Below, one piece after another: positions 56,154 to 64,000 of a stretch of DNA of 64,000 bases (the first letter of the stretch is position 1; each line of letters starts with the position of its first letter). This DNA is from Anaerolineae bacterium. GTDB lineage: Bacteria; Chloroflexota; Anaerolineae; Anaerolineales; UBA4823. The translations under genes were made by a program, and so were the position numbers. The DNA lies in the NCBI GenBank assembly GCA_003327455.1, contig QOQU01000008.1:889-64888 (forward strand), given 5' to 3'. The notes below the pieces were generated by a model. It was not told the DNA's origin, searched no databases, and worked only from the letters and a program-made list of their open reading frames with translations.

Positions 56154-57511
56154 AAAGCCCTTCTGCGCCGGATCAGGATGACCAAAAGAATCAACAAGCC
56201 TCCTACCAGGATAAAGAAAAACCCATAGGCAAGATCGAGAGAAGCAAGCCCGAAGTTGCGCAGACCCGGAATCTCCTTTTGCCTGTCACTTTCTTCAACC
56301 CCCTCGGATTTTCGAGTGACTTCAACAGCTGTAGCGGTTAAGGAGATGGATTGTAAATCAAGCGCAACTTGTGCCGCGGGGCTCACCTGCAATTGGGGAA
56401 GAGTCTGGGCTGGAGCAACCGTTGTGGCTGCCACTGCCATCCCAAACGGTAAGGTAATGGTCGGCGAAGGGGTCAGGGTCGTCGTCCGCAAAGGCAATTG
56501 GGTAATGGATCGTACAGTCGGTGTAAATGGGATTGGTGAGGCGGTTGGAACCAGGTTGGATGTAGCCGTCGGCGGTCTGGCGGTATAGGTTGAAGTTGGC
56601 GGCCTGGCGGTATAGGTTGAAGTTGGCGGACCGGCGGTATAGGTCAAAGTTGGTGACGGGGTAGAAGTAGCCGTATAGGTAGCCGTTGGGGGTGGAGCAC
56701 AGATTTGTTCAAAGGTATAAACAGGTGGCGTTGCTCGGCCATCTCCCCAAACCCAACCTTCCACCGCACCATGCGTAACAGGATAATTGCTGGCTCCCAG
56801 GTTGGAATAGTTCCATTTTGACCCATCGAAGTGCCAGTACGACCAGTAAAGATTTTCACCACTATTGAATTTACACCAGCAATCGTCGGCGGGACATCCG
56901 ACATTCGCAATAGCACAGACCGCCATACCCATGCCACTGGGAGAGCCAACGACGCCAATGTTGGCTGCCACCAGCACATCCCAACCTGTAGGGTTCGATT
57001 GGTTCAACGTTACACACCTGGTCTCGACTGAACCGGCTGCCAGTTGCACCACCAACCCCACCTGGATCGGGGATTGGGCGTAGCTCGTTGTATTCGCAGA
57101 CAGGCTCAGGATGACGAGACAGAGGGTGAGGAACAGGAGAAACAAGCCTGATTTTCCCTCACCCCTTGCCGGTCTACCTCCCCTTGCCCTTAGGGCGTAG
57201 GGCAGGGGGCGAGGGATGTCCCCCCTCGCCCTTCGGGCGAAGGGGCGGGGGTGAGGGCTTTGTCCTTCGCTCTGTAGAAGAGGGATTGGGGGTGAGGGCA
57301 CTCTCCCCTCGTCGTATGGACCAGGATTCGGGGTTGAGGGCAATTCTAATCCCTCATCCCCTACCCTTCTCCCTAAGGGAGAAGGGCGTCCAACTCTCCT
57401 CGCCCTTCGGGAGAGGGGGCGGGGGTGAGGGCATCCCCCCGCCATCCTTAACAATTTGACCCAGAACAATCTCCAAGATTCGCCTGAAATGTTCACAAGG
57501 ATTAACCCCAA
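56150..57511 (-). CDS. Surface protein with a transcobalamin-beta/DUF4430-like domain, Thr/Pro stalk and C-terminal TM anchor; N-terminus contains an in-frame repeat array
   Basis: VCAIANVGCPADDCWC...YWSYWH...GAS..V.HGAVEGWVWG; TM segment plus RRRR tail. The true start is uncertain. Confidence 0.7.
   Translation of the reverse strand: MGLILVNISGESWRLFWVKLLRMAGGCPHPRPLSRRARRVGRPSPLGRRVGDEGLELPSTPNPGPYDEGRVPSPPIPLLQSEGQSPHPRPFARRARGDIPRPLPYALRARGGRPARGEGKSGLFLLFLTLCLVILSLSANTTSYAQSPIQVGLVVQLAAGSVETRCVTLNQSNPTGWDVLVAANIGVVGSPSGMGMAVCAIANVGCPADDCWCKFNSGENLYWSYWHFDGSKWNYSNLGASNYPVTHGAVEGWVWGDGRATPPVYTFEQICAPPPTATYTATSTPSPTLTYTAGPPTSTYTARPPTSTYTARPPTATSNLVPTASPIPFTPTVRSITQLPLRTTTLTPSPTITLPFGMAVAATTVAPAQTLPQLQVSPAAQVALDLQSISLTATAVEVTRKSEGVEESDRQKEIPGLRNFGLASLDLAYGFFFILVGGLLILLVILIRRRRAL
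56571..56651. repeat. 3 x 27-bp coding tandem repeat
   Basis: GGCGG(T/C/A)C(T/C)GGCGGTATAGGT(TG/CA)AAGTT in three copies. On the minus strand it encodes the (PTSTYTARP)n stalk. Confidence 0.9.
57156..57432. repeat. Cluster of about 7 GC-rich REP-like palindromic units (CCCTCACCCC...CCCnnnnGGG.GAGGGG type)
   Basis: Units occur in both orientations, e.g. CTCTCCTCGCCCTTCGGGAGAGGGGGCGGGGGTGAGGGC, CCCTCATCCCCTACCCTTCTCCCTAAGGGAGAAGGGC and CCCCCTCGCCCTTCGGGCGAAGGGGCGGGGGTGAGGGC. Confidence 0.8.
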
Positions 57512-57561
57512 TTTCTCCAGATAATCAAGAACCTCAACTGCTCAACCATTAACCTAACCAA

Positions 57562-58929
57562 TTAACGGCTGATTGTTGGCAAAAAGCTAACCTTACATGC
57601 TTCAACCGCACGAATCGCAAACGGCGCAGGTCTTCCTAGCAAAGCCGGGATTGCCTGTTGAGTGGCCAATAAGTTAGAGCCCAGCGATGGTTGCCATTCC
57701 AGACTCCCATCGGCAAGCTGAACCGTAGCCAGAAAGTCAATGGCTGTCTTACCGCCTTCCTGCCAGGCAGCAGAAGTAGGGTCTTGCCCAACGGCGTAAA
57801 TCGCCTGCAAGACATAGGCGGTTGAGTTCGCATCTGAGGCCGTACCCCAGGTTGAGTCGGGGTCATAAGTAAAACCGCCATCGTTATTTTGAGCTGACTT
57901 GATGAAATTCAAGCCGCTTACAATGACCGGGTCACCCGGGTCAACCCCCGCCCCAACCAAAGCCTGAATCGCCAATGCGGTCGTATTGGTGTCTGCTGTC
58001 CATCCATCTGACCATTCCCAGCCACCGGTTGGTAAGGACAGATTTTTTAGATAAGTCACCGCATCAGCCGGAACAGTCTGACTCAGCGCCAGTGTTCCCA
58101 AAATCGCCCATGCCTGTGGGCCTGCGTCCGGATGATATTTTCCTGTTGCCGGGTCATAATAATCAGCGGGACTCCTTGCCTGAAATGGGAAGCATAATTG
58201 AGTAGAACTTGCTCCAACAGCAAACTTACCTGCTCCACTGGCTGAGTTTTTCGTAAAATTTGATCCATTTGCCATCATGTAACCAAGTATTGAAGCAGTA
58301 GAGATATTCTGCCTCCACTCACTTGCCTTATGATGATTTGCGCCAATGGCAAGCAAACTCTCGACTGAACTTGATGCGGCGCTACTCGGTGAGCCATAGC
58401 CGCCATCGCTGTTCTGCTGGTTTTTCAGCCATTGCAACGCCTTCCAGGCGCGCTCCAGTTGGGGGTAAGGCAGAATCGACTGCCCGCCCCATTCTCCCCA
58501 GCGCCAGCCGTCTACAGCTCCATCAGTTAGCGTTGTCGAAGACGCCCCTGAACTGTGACCCTGCCAGGCAGTTCCATCCCAGAATTCGTAATTCCAAAAC
58601 GTACTTCCCCCACAGAAACAGTCATCCGCCGGACAACCAACCCCCTCGATGGAACAAACAGCTTTTCCCCATGGAGTATCTGCGGTCACCACCTCCAGCC
58701 CGCTATTTAACAGAGCGTCTAACCCTGTAATGGTGGAGGAAGAAAAACTCACCTTGCGAATCAAACGATCGGTGGTCGAGAACTGAACGACAACACTGAC
58801 GCTGTTGTCGGCGGCAGGAGCGTTATCCATCGCTGCCCGTACAACCTGAAAAAGCGGCGCAGGGATAATCATCCCGCCCAGAAGAACAAAGATCAGAATG
58901 GTGAAAAGGAAATTTTTGCGTGAGTACAT
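57562..58929 (-). CDS. Secreted protein: transcobalamin-beta/DUF4430-like domain plus prenyltransferase/squalene-oxidase-repeat alpha-barrel; probable corrinoid-binding protein
   Basis: VCSIEGVGCPADDCFC..FWNY; repeats WLKNQQNSDGGY, FIKSAQNNDGGF and DANSTA; tail SFLPTISR. It is the first gene after the cobalamin riboswitch. Confidence 0.75.
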   Translation of the reverse strand: MYSRKNFLFTILIFVLLGGMIIPAPLFQVVRAAMDNAPAADNSVSVVVQFSTTDRLIRKVSFSSSTITGLDALLNSGLEVVTADTPWGKAVCSIEGVGCPADDCFCGGSTFWNYEFWDGTAWQGHSSGASSTTLTDGAVDGWRWGEWGGQSILPYPQLERAWKALQWLKNQQNSDGGYGSPSSAASSSVESLLAIGANHHKASEWRQNISTASILGYMMANGSNFTKNSASGAGKFAVGASSTQLCFPFQARSPADYYDPATGKYHPDAGPQAWAILGTLALSQTVPADAVTYLKNLSLPTGGWEWSDGWTADTNTTALAIQALVGAGVDPGDPVIVSGLNFIKSAQNNDGGFTYDPDSTWGTASDANSTAYVLQAIYAVGQDPTSAAWQEGGKTAIDFLATVQLADGSLEWQPSLGSNLLATQQAIPALLGRPAPFAIRAVEACKVSFLPTISR

Positions 58930-58989
58930 GTTTTACCTCCGTCAGGTATCAGATATAGAACCAGAATTGCCTGCGGAGGAGGCCTGTTT

Positions 58990-59020
58990 CCAAAACGAAA
59001 CCCGCCCTGATTCGGGCGGG
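58990..59020 (-). terminator. Expression-platform terminator of the cobalamin riboswitch
   Basis: Minus strand CCCGCCC-GAATCA-GGGCGGG followed by TTTCGTTTTGG. Confidence 0.65.
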
Positions 59021-59098
59021 AGGCTTTGGTTCTTTCTTCGCGTGGGGAAATACGCTCAGAATGCCCGGCCTCCCTTGCCGCGAGGGAGATGACGAGCA

Positions 59099-59227
59099 AG
59101 ATACAGGCGGGTACTCGGGCTTCGCACTTTGTGCGCTACCGTTGCGGGACAGCGCCGGACTTCCCCTTCGGGTCACCGGCTTCCCCCATTCTGCGCCATG
59201 CATCCGGGCATTGGCGCACCTGTATCT
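59099..59227 (-). ncRNA. Cobalamin (AdoCbl) riboswitch
   Basis: Minus strand AGATACAGGTGC...GGGGGAAGCCGGTG...GAAGTCCGGCGCTGTCCCGCAACGGTAG...AAGCCCGAGTACCCGCCTGTATCT, with a 9-bp P1 and a downstream CTCCCTCGCGGCAAGGGAG hairpin. Confidence 0.93.
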
Positions 59228-59247
59228 GGCTATCAGAATTTGGGATA

Positions 59248-59276
59248 ACTTTATCAAACCATAAACCCAAAATCAA
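59248..59276 (-). promoter_or_regulatory. Putative promoter of the cobalamin operon
   Basis: Minus strand TTGATT, 17-bp spacer ending in TGA, then TAAAGT. Confidence 0.55.
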
Positions 59277-59376
59277 GTGACATATGTCATCTTTTCAAGC
59301 TTGGGATATTGCGCTATATTATATATAACGATAATTTTTATCCAAATTATCGATTTACTACAGAAAGGAACATAAG

Positions 59377-59967
59377 ATGAACAATCGAATCCTTGAAATC
59401 ACCGATCCTCCCTTCGTCCAACAAATTTTTGGAAATCCACGTTGGGCGTGGTTGTGGTTGGTCATGCGACTCTACGTTGGTTATACCTGGTTGACCTCAG
59501 GTTGGGGAAAATTGAACAACCCCGCCTGGATGGCTGGCGGTGAAGCCCTGAAAGGCTTTTGGGAAAGAGCCATACAGATTCCTGAGCCTCCAGCCAGACC
59601 CCTGATTGCCTTCGACTGGTATCGAACCTTCATCCAAACGCTTCTGGAAGGTGGACACTATGTCTGGTTTTCTAAACTAATCGTCTTTGGGGAGATACTG
59701 GTTGGCTTAGGGTTACTCTTCGGAGCTTTTGTCGGGATCACCGCCTTTTTCGGAGCTTTCATGAACTGGAATTTCATGATGGCAGGCACGGCAAGCATCA
59801 ATCCGGTGCTATTTACCTTTTCGATCTTTCTGATCTTAGCCTGGAAGACGGCTGGCTGGTGGGGACTCGATCGCTGGCTGTTACCTCTGTTGGGTACGCC
59901 ATGGAGACCGGGCAGAATCTTCGAAAAGGAGAGTATGAAAACTGTTGAGAGCGTAGCCCAGGATTAG
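59377..59967 (+). CDS. DoxX/DoxD-family membrane protein (TQO small-subunit-like)
   Basis: WLVMRLYVGYTWLTSGWGK, GEILVGLGLLFG and AGWWGLDRWL. Confidence 0.85.
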   Translation: MNNRILEITDPPFVQQIFGNPRWAWLWLVMRLYVGYTWLTSGWGKLNNPAWMAGGEALKGFWERAIQIPEPPARPLIAFDWYRTFIQTLLEGGHYVWFSKLIVFGEILVGLGLLFGAFVGITAFFGAFMNWNFMMAGTASINPVLFTFSIFLILAWKTAGWWGLDRWLLPLLGTPWRPGRIFEKESMKTVESVAQD

Positions 59968-60307
59968 CAACGATTGATGACCGATCATTCAAATCTACTC
60001 TAGATGCGAAGGCTCGTAGAGAATATACCTTGCTCTGCGAGCCTTTGAAATTGATTGAGCAAAATTTCTCCCTGTGTCTACGGCGCTTGTGTCTCTCGCC
60101 GCGAAGTACTGGCTTATATCAGATAAGCTCCCTGGTTGAACTCACATTGCATTCGCAAGTCCTATCCTTTTTACATATCTGGTAAAATGGTATCTGCCTG
60201 CAGTCAATCTTAGATAATGTTAATCTTATTTGGCGAATTGTGAGTTAAACTTGTGATGTTTGGAACAGAAAGCTTTTTCAATGAAGATGTCTTTTGGAGG
60301 TAATGCC

Positions 60308-60820
60308 ATGGAACAAACGATTTCAACCTCAACCCTTCCAGCCAATCGGCTGAAATTTTTGATCGGTGGACTGTTAATCGTTGCGGCAGTGATCTATCTG
60401 ATCATCACTTCCACCCAAGCCAGCGCGCAGTATTTTATGACGGTTGCCGAATTAGAAGAAAAGGGCAGTCAAGTCGTCGGGCGCGATCTGCGCGTCTCCG
60501 GAGCTGTGATTGGTGACTCAATCCAATACGACCCACAAACGCTGACCCTGCGCTTTACGGTTGCCCACGTGCCGGGTGACAACAAAGAGATCGAAGCCCA
60601 GGGCGGCTTGGCAGCGGTTCTCCATGCGGCAGTCAGCGACCCTTCGCGGCCTCGTTTGCAAGTCGTCTATCAGGGCGTGAAACCGGACTTGCTGCGTGAT
60701 GAAGCGCAAGCCATTATGACCGGCAAACTCGGCGAAGATGGCGTATTCTATGCCGAAGAGTTGCTGCTCAAGTGCCCCACCAAATATGAAGAAGCCTTAC
60801 CCGAGCAAAGTCAGGGATAA
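60308..60820 (+). CDS. ccmE: Cytochrome c maturation heme chaperone CcmE (CxxxY variant)
   Basis: N-terminal TM segment, YFMTVAEL, LRVSGAV and VVYQGVKPDL. C-terminal LLKCPTKY replaces the canonical HxxxY. Confidence 0.88.
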   Translation: MEQTISTSTLPANRLKFLIGGLLIVAAVIYLIITSTQASAQYFMTVAELEEKGSQVVGRDLRVSGAVIGDSIQYDPQTLTLRFTVAHVPGDNKEIEAQGGLAAVLHAAVSDPSRPRLQVVYQGVKPDLLRDEAQAIMTGKLGEDGVFYAEELLLKCPTKYEEALPEQSQG

Positions 60821-60853
60821 CCAGGCAACCATACCAGACAGAACGGAGCGAGC

Positions 60854-62914
60854 ATGATCACCGATCTAGGCTATGGGACTCTAGCCCTCACTTTTTTACT
60901 GGCACTCTACGGCATCCTGGCAGCCCTCTGGGGAATTCAAAAACGACGCCCGGATTGGATCGACAGCGCCCGGAATGCCATGTTATTGACTTTCCCCCTC
61001 CTGACCGTTGCCTGCCTGAGCCTGATCTATCTGCTGGTCAACGGACATTACGAAGTTGAATATGTTGCTTCGGTGACCAGCAACAGTATGCCCCTGTACT
61101 TACGCATAACCGCCCTCTGGGGAGGCCAGGCCGGTTCTCTGCTTTTCTGGAGCTGGTTAATGTCTGCTTTCGCCAGTGCCGTAACCTTACGCAATTGGGC
61201 ACGCGATCGCGAATTTTTACCCTGGGTCATTGTGGTTTCACTGGTCACGTTGGGGTTCTTTTTAGGCCTTACCCTATTCGTCGAAAATCCCTTCGACCGT
61301 CTCTGGCTGTTAGGAAGTGGGATTGCAGTCAAATCATTCTTTCCTCCCGCTGGTGCTATTCCCTATTACCAAAGCGATGGAAATGGTTTGAATCCATTGC
61401 TCCGCCATCCGGGGATGATCATCCATCCGCCCATGTTATATTTAGGGTTTGTCTCCTATGTCATCCCGTTTGCCTTTGCCATTGCCGCTCTGATTACGGG
61501 GCGCACGGATGATCGCTGGATTCGCATCACGCGGCGCTGGAGTCTGGTCGCCTGGCTATTTCTTTCGCTCGGTCTGATTCTGGGAGGACGATGGGCTTAT
61601 GATGTTCTAGGTTGGGGAGGATACTGGGGCTGGGACCCGGTCGAGATCGCTGCCTTTATGCCCTGGCTTACCGGCACAGCTTTCCTGCACTCGGTCATGA
61701 TCCAGGAAAAACGGGGCATGCTCAAACACTGGAATATGATCCTGATTATCCTGACCTACAATCTGGTCATCTTCGGCACCTTCCTAACCCGTTCAGGGGT
61801 TTTGTCCTCAGTACATGCCTTTGCCCAAAGCGCAATTGGGCCATTGTTCTTCGTTTACATTGGGGCTAGCTTCGTCATTTCCCTCAGCCTCCTGTTACGG
61901 CGCTGGCAGGAGTTGAAATCCGATCTGCACATGACCTCATTGCTCTCTCGTGAAGCGCTCTTCCTGCTGAACAATTTGCTTTTCGTAGGAATCCTGGTGG
62001 TCTGCTTTTGGGGAGTGATTTTTCCTTTGATTTCGGAAATCGTTACCGGTCAGAAGGTCACCGTTGGCCCACCCTTCTACGAACGCGCCACAGCGCCGCT
62101 CTTTGCCGGCTTGTTATTCTTGATGGGTATCGCTCCTCTGGCAGCCTGGCGGCATTCCACCGTCCAGACACTGGGGAAAGCGGTCTGGAAACCCACGGTA
62201 GTCTCCCTGTTAGCTCCGCTGGTTGCCTTTACAATGGATGTGCGCAATTGGGCAGCGCTGCTGGGATTCTGGCTGGCCGCTTTTGTTGCCTGTGTCACCC
62301 TTTATGAATACGGCAGGGCCGTGATCGCCCGTTCCCGCAGCCGCGGCGAATCGTTGCTGCGGGCCTTTTGGAATTTAGCCGGACGCAACCGGCGCCGCTA
62401 TGGCGGATATATCATTCACCTCGGCGTTGTCTTGATGGCTATCGGCATTATTGGCATTGAACTTTTCCAAAAGGAAACACAGGGCACTCTGGCACAAGGG
62501 GAAGAATTGAGCCTCGGCCCGTACACGATGCGCTTTGACTCGCTGGCTGTCTTCGATACTGCCGACGGGCGCAATGTCGCCCGCGCCGTGGTCAGCGTCT
62601 ATAAGAACGGCCGTTATGTTGGCGAACTTTATCCACGCCGTGACTATTATTATGAATCCCAGCAGCCAATGACCATCCCAGGGTTGCGCAGCACCATGGA
62701 GGATGACTTTTACGTTCTTCTGGTTGATTGGCAACCGATCTCATCAAGCGGAGCAACCTTCAAGGTGTATCATAACCCACTGGTCAACTGGCTCTGGCTG
62801 GGGGGTTTTGTCTTCATTATCGGGACGATGGTGGCCGCCTGGCCTGAAAGTGAAACGAATCCGGCAACGGTGCGGGCAAGAAGGCGAACACCGCTGGCTG
62901 CCAAAGCATCCTGA
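60854..62914 (+). CDS. ccmF: Cytochrome c heme lyase CcmF
   Basis: WGGQAGS, GLNPLL, IHPP, WGGYWGWDPVE (WWD motif) and SSVHAF. Confidence 0.96.
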   Translation: MITDLGYGTLALTFLLALYGILAALWGIQKRRPDWIDSARNAMLLTFPLLTVACLSLIYLLVNGHYEVEYVASVTSNSMPLYLRITALWGGQAGSLLFWSWLMSAFASAVTLRNWARDREFLPWVIVVSLVTLGFFLGLTLFVENPFDRLWLLGSGIAVKSFFPPAGAIPYYQSDGNGLNPLLRHPGMIIHPPMLYLGFVSYVIPFAFAIAALITGRTDDRWIRITRRWSLVAWLFLSLGLILGGRWAYDVLGWGGYWGWDPVEIAAFMPWLTGTAFLHSVMIQEKRGMLKHWNMILIILTYNLVIFGTFLTRSGVLSSVHAFAQSAIGPLFFVYIGASFVISLSLLLRRWQELKSDLHMTSLLSREALFLLNNLLFVGILVVCFWGVIFPLISEIVTGQKVTVGPPFYERATAPLFAGLLFLMGIAPLAAWRHSTVQTLGKAVWKPTVVSLLAPLVAFTMDVRNWAALLGFWLAAFVACVTLYEYGRAVIARSRSRGESLLRAFWNLAGRNRRRYGGYIIHLGVVLMAIGIIGIELFQKETQGTLAQGEELSLGPYTMRFDSLAVFDTADGRNVARAVVSVYKNGRYVGELYPRRDYYYESQQPMTIPGLRSTMEDDFYVLLVDWQPISSSGATFKVYHNPLVNWLWLGGFVFIIGTMVAAWPESETNPATVRARRRTPLAAKAS

Positions 62915-62933
62915 AAGGAGCAGATCAGGAAAG

Positions 62934-63434
62934 ATGAAAGCTTACCCTTCATTTCTTCTGGCGCTTTCTCTCGGACTGGCAGTCTCTCTGGTCATTTTGG
63001 CGAGGAGCGATTTAGCCTTTGCACAAACCCCTGATCCACGAACCATCAGCGACGATCAGGTCAACGCCATCGCCAAGCACCTCTATTGCCCGGTCTGTGA
63101 GAACGTACCGCTTGATGTTTGTGGCACACAAGCCTGCGAACAGTGGCGTCAGGTGATTCGTCAAAAACTTGCCGAAGGTTGGAACGAAGCGCAAATTCGC
63201 CAGTATTTTGTTGACCAATACGGTGACCGGGTTTTAGCAACGCCTCCACCGCGCGGGATCAACTGGCTGGCTTATCTCGTTCCTCCCATCGCCATCCTGG
63301 CAGGTGTGTGGATCTTGATCCAGGCTTTTCGCAGTTGGAAGCGTCCCCTTCCTGCTTCTTCTTCGCTTCCTCAACCCGAACAATTACCTTCAGAGGTACT
63401 TAAGCGCATCGAAGAAGAATTGAAAAAGCAATAG
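62934..63434 (+). CDS. ccmH: Cytochrome c biogenesis protein CcmH (N-terminal domain)
   Basis: LYCPVCEN and YFVDQYGDRVLATPP, followed by a TM helix. The start is placed at ATG 62934. Confidence 0.88.
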   Translation: MKAYPSFLLALSLGLAVSLVILARSDLAFAQTPDPRTISDDQVNAIAKHLYCPVCENVPLDVCGTQACEQWRQVIRQKLAEGWNEAQIRQYFVDQYGDRVLATPPPRGINWLAYLVPPIAILAGVWILIQAFRSWKRPLPASSSLPQPEQLPSEVLKRIEEELKKQ

Positions 63435-63475
63435 TCCATTTTCTTTTCATACTGATAAAACAAATGGATTATCCT

Positions 63476-64000
63476 ATGGAACAAACCGACCAAGAAAGTA
63501 CCCCAACAACCAGACAGACTGCCGGACTGCGTTGGGGGCGAATTTTTGCGTGGATAGCCGTCATTGGCATTTTGATTATCCTGGCGGTTGGTTTACTGCG
63601 TAGCCAACAGGGTTCGGTAAATGTTGGGCAAAAGATTCCAGACTTTGCTTTGACAACTTTTGACGGACAAAACATCCGCTCTGCCGACCTGCGCGGAAAA
63701 GTGCTGGTGATCAATTTTTGGGCATCGTGGTGTAAACCCTGCGAGCAAGAAGCAGCCGACCTGGAAGCTGCCTGGCGTTTCTATCAAGGGCGCGGCGATG
63801 TCGTATTTTTAGGGGTAAATTATGTCGATACGGAACCAGAAGCGCGCGCCTACCTGCAAAAATTTGAAATCACCTACCCCAACGGGCCCGATCTCGGCAC
63901 CCGCATCTCGCAAGCCTTTCGCATCCGGGGCGTGCCGGAAACCTATATTGTCGATCAACAGGGCATCCTGCAATTTGTGCAAATTGGCCCTTTCCGTTCT
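63476..64000 (+). CDS. TlpA/CcmG-like thiol-disulfide oxidoreductase (runs off the window end)
   Basis: My translation: TM anchor, then PDFALTTFDG...GKVLVINFWASWCKPC...GVPETY. There is no stop before 64000, so it is missing from the ORF track. Confidence 0.9.
   Translation, partial: MEQTDQESTPTTRQTAGLRWGRIFAWIAVIGILIILAVGLLRSQQGSVNVGQKIPDFALTTFDGQNIRSADLRGKVLVINFWASWCKPCEQEAADLEAAWRFYQGRGDVVFLGVNYVDTEPEARAYLQKFEITYPNGPDLGTRISQAFRIRGVPETYIVDQQGILQFVQIGPFRS

Noticed and set aside
56571-56651. Regularly spaced direct repeats that might suggest a CRISPR array
   Set aside because: They are contiguous 27-bp units with no unique spacers, in frame in a Thr/Pro stalk. No cas genes are in the window.
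57156-57432. Repeat cluster as a CRISPR array or IS ends
   Set aside because: The units are degenerate, in both orientations and irregularly spaced. No transposase or target-site duplication is visible.
58893-59280. Several short ORFs on both strands (58893-59099, 58898-59092, 58949-59257, 59026-59280, 59061-59264)
   Set aside because: They are chance readings of the cobalamin riboswitch and its expression platform.
335-63787. The many 60-230 aa ORFs antisense to or nested within well-supported genes
   Set aside because: They are shadow frames typical of ~52% GC coding DNA, with no motifs, RBS or operon logic.
1-64000. Prophage, integrase, transposase, tRNA or rRNA genes
   Set aside because: I found no recognisable motifs, cloverleafs or att-like repeats by eye. 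tRNAscan-SE and an HMM search would be needed to exclude them formally.

Overview
Mostly core and metabolic chromosome from a bacterium that looks like an anaerobic Chloroflexota (Anaerolineae-like). This is an inference from gene content: RibXY, Pro/Thr-linker lipoproteins and C-terminal xFLPxIx(K/R) tails. In order, the window holds: nusG-rplK-rplA-rplJ-rplL with its leader RNAs; a cytochrome c, rpiA, rpe and an OmpR-type two-component pair; hutC, a HAAT-family ABC transporter and hutU; a QueD-like/GT4/methyltransferase trio; a ~14.4 kb minus-strand operon with two HdrCB sets, three HdrA-type proteins (one a 1500-aa HdrA-GltD-HdrA fusion), MvhD, an FdhB-like protein and a soluble fumarate-reductase-like pair; two secreted proteins behind three c-di-GMP-I riboswitches, followed by an unannotated 39-aa RiPP-precursor-like ORF; three Zn-ribbon proteins plus a HerA/VirB4-like ATPase; an FMN-riboswitch ribXY transporter; a cobalamin-riboswitch ECF transporter with two transcobalamin-like surface proteins; doxX; and ccmE-F-H-G. 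I saw no tRNA, rRNA, CRISPR array, integrase or transposase. The strongest leads are the Hdr/fumarate-reductase module, the apparently opposite-logic c-di-GMP surface-protein locus with its small peptide, and a candidate sRNA with three UCCUCC-loop hairpins between convergent genes. All calls come from reading motifs by eye; no database searches were run.
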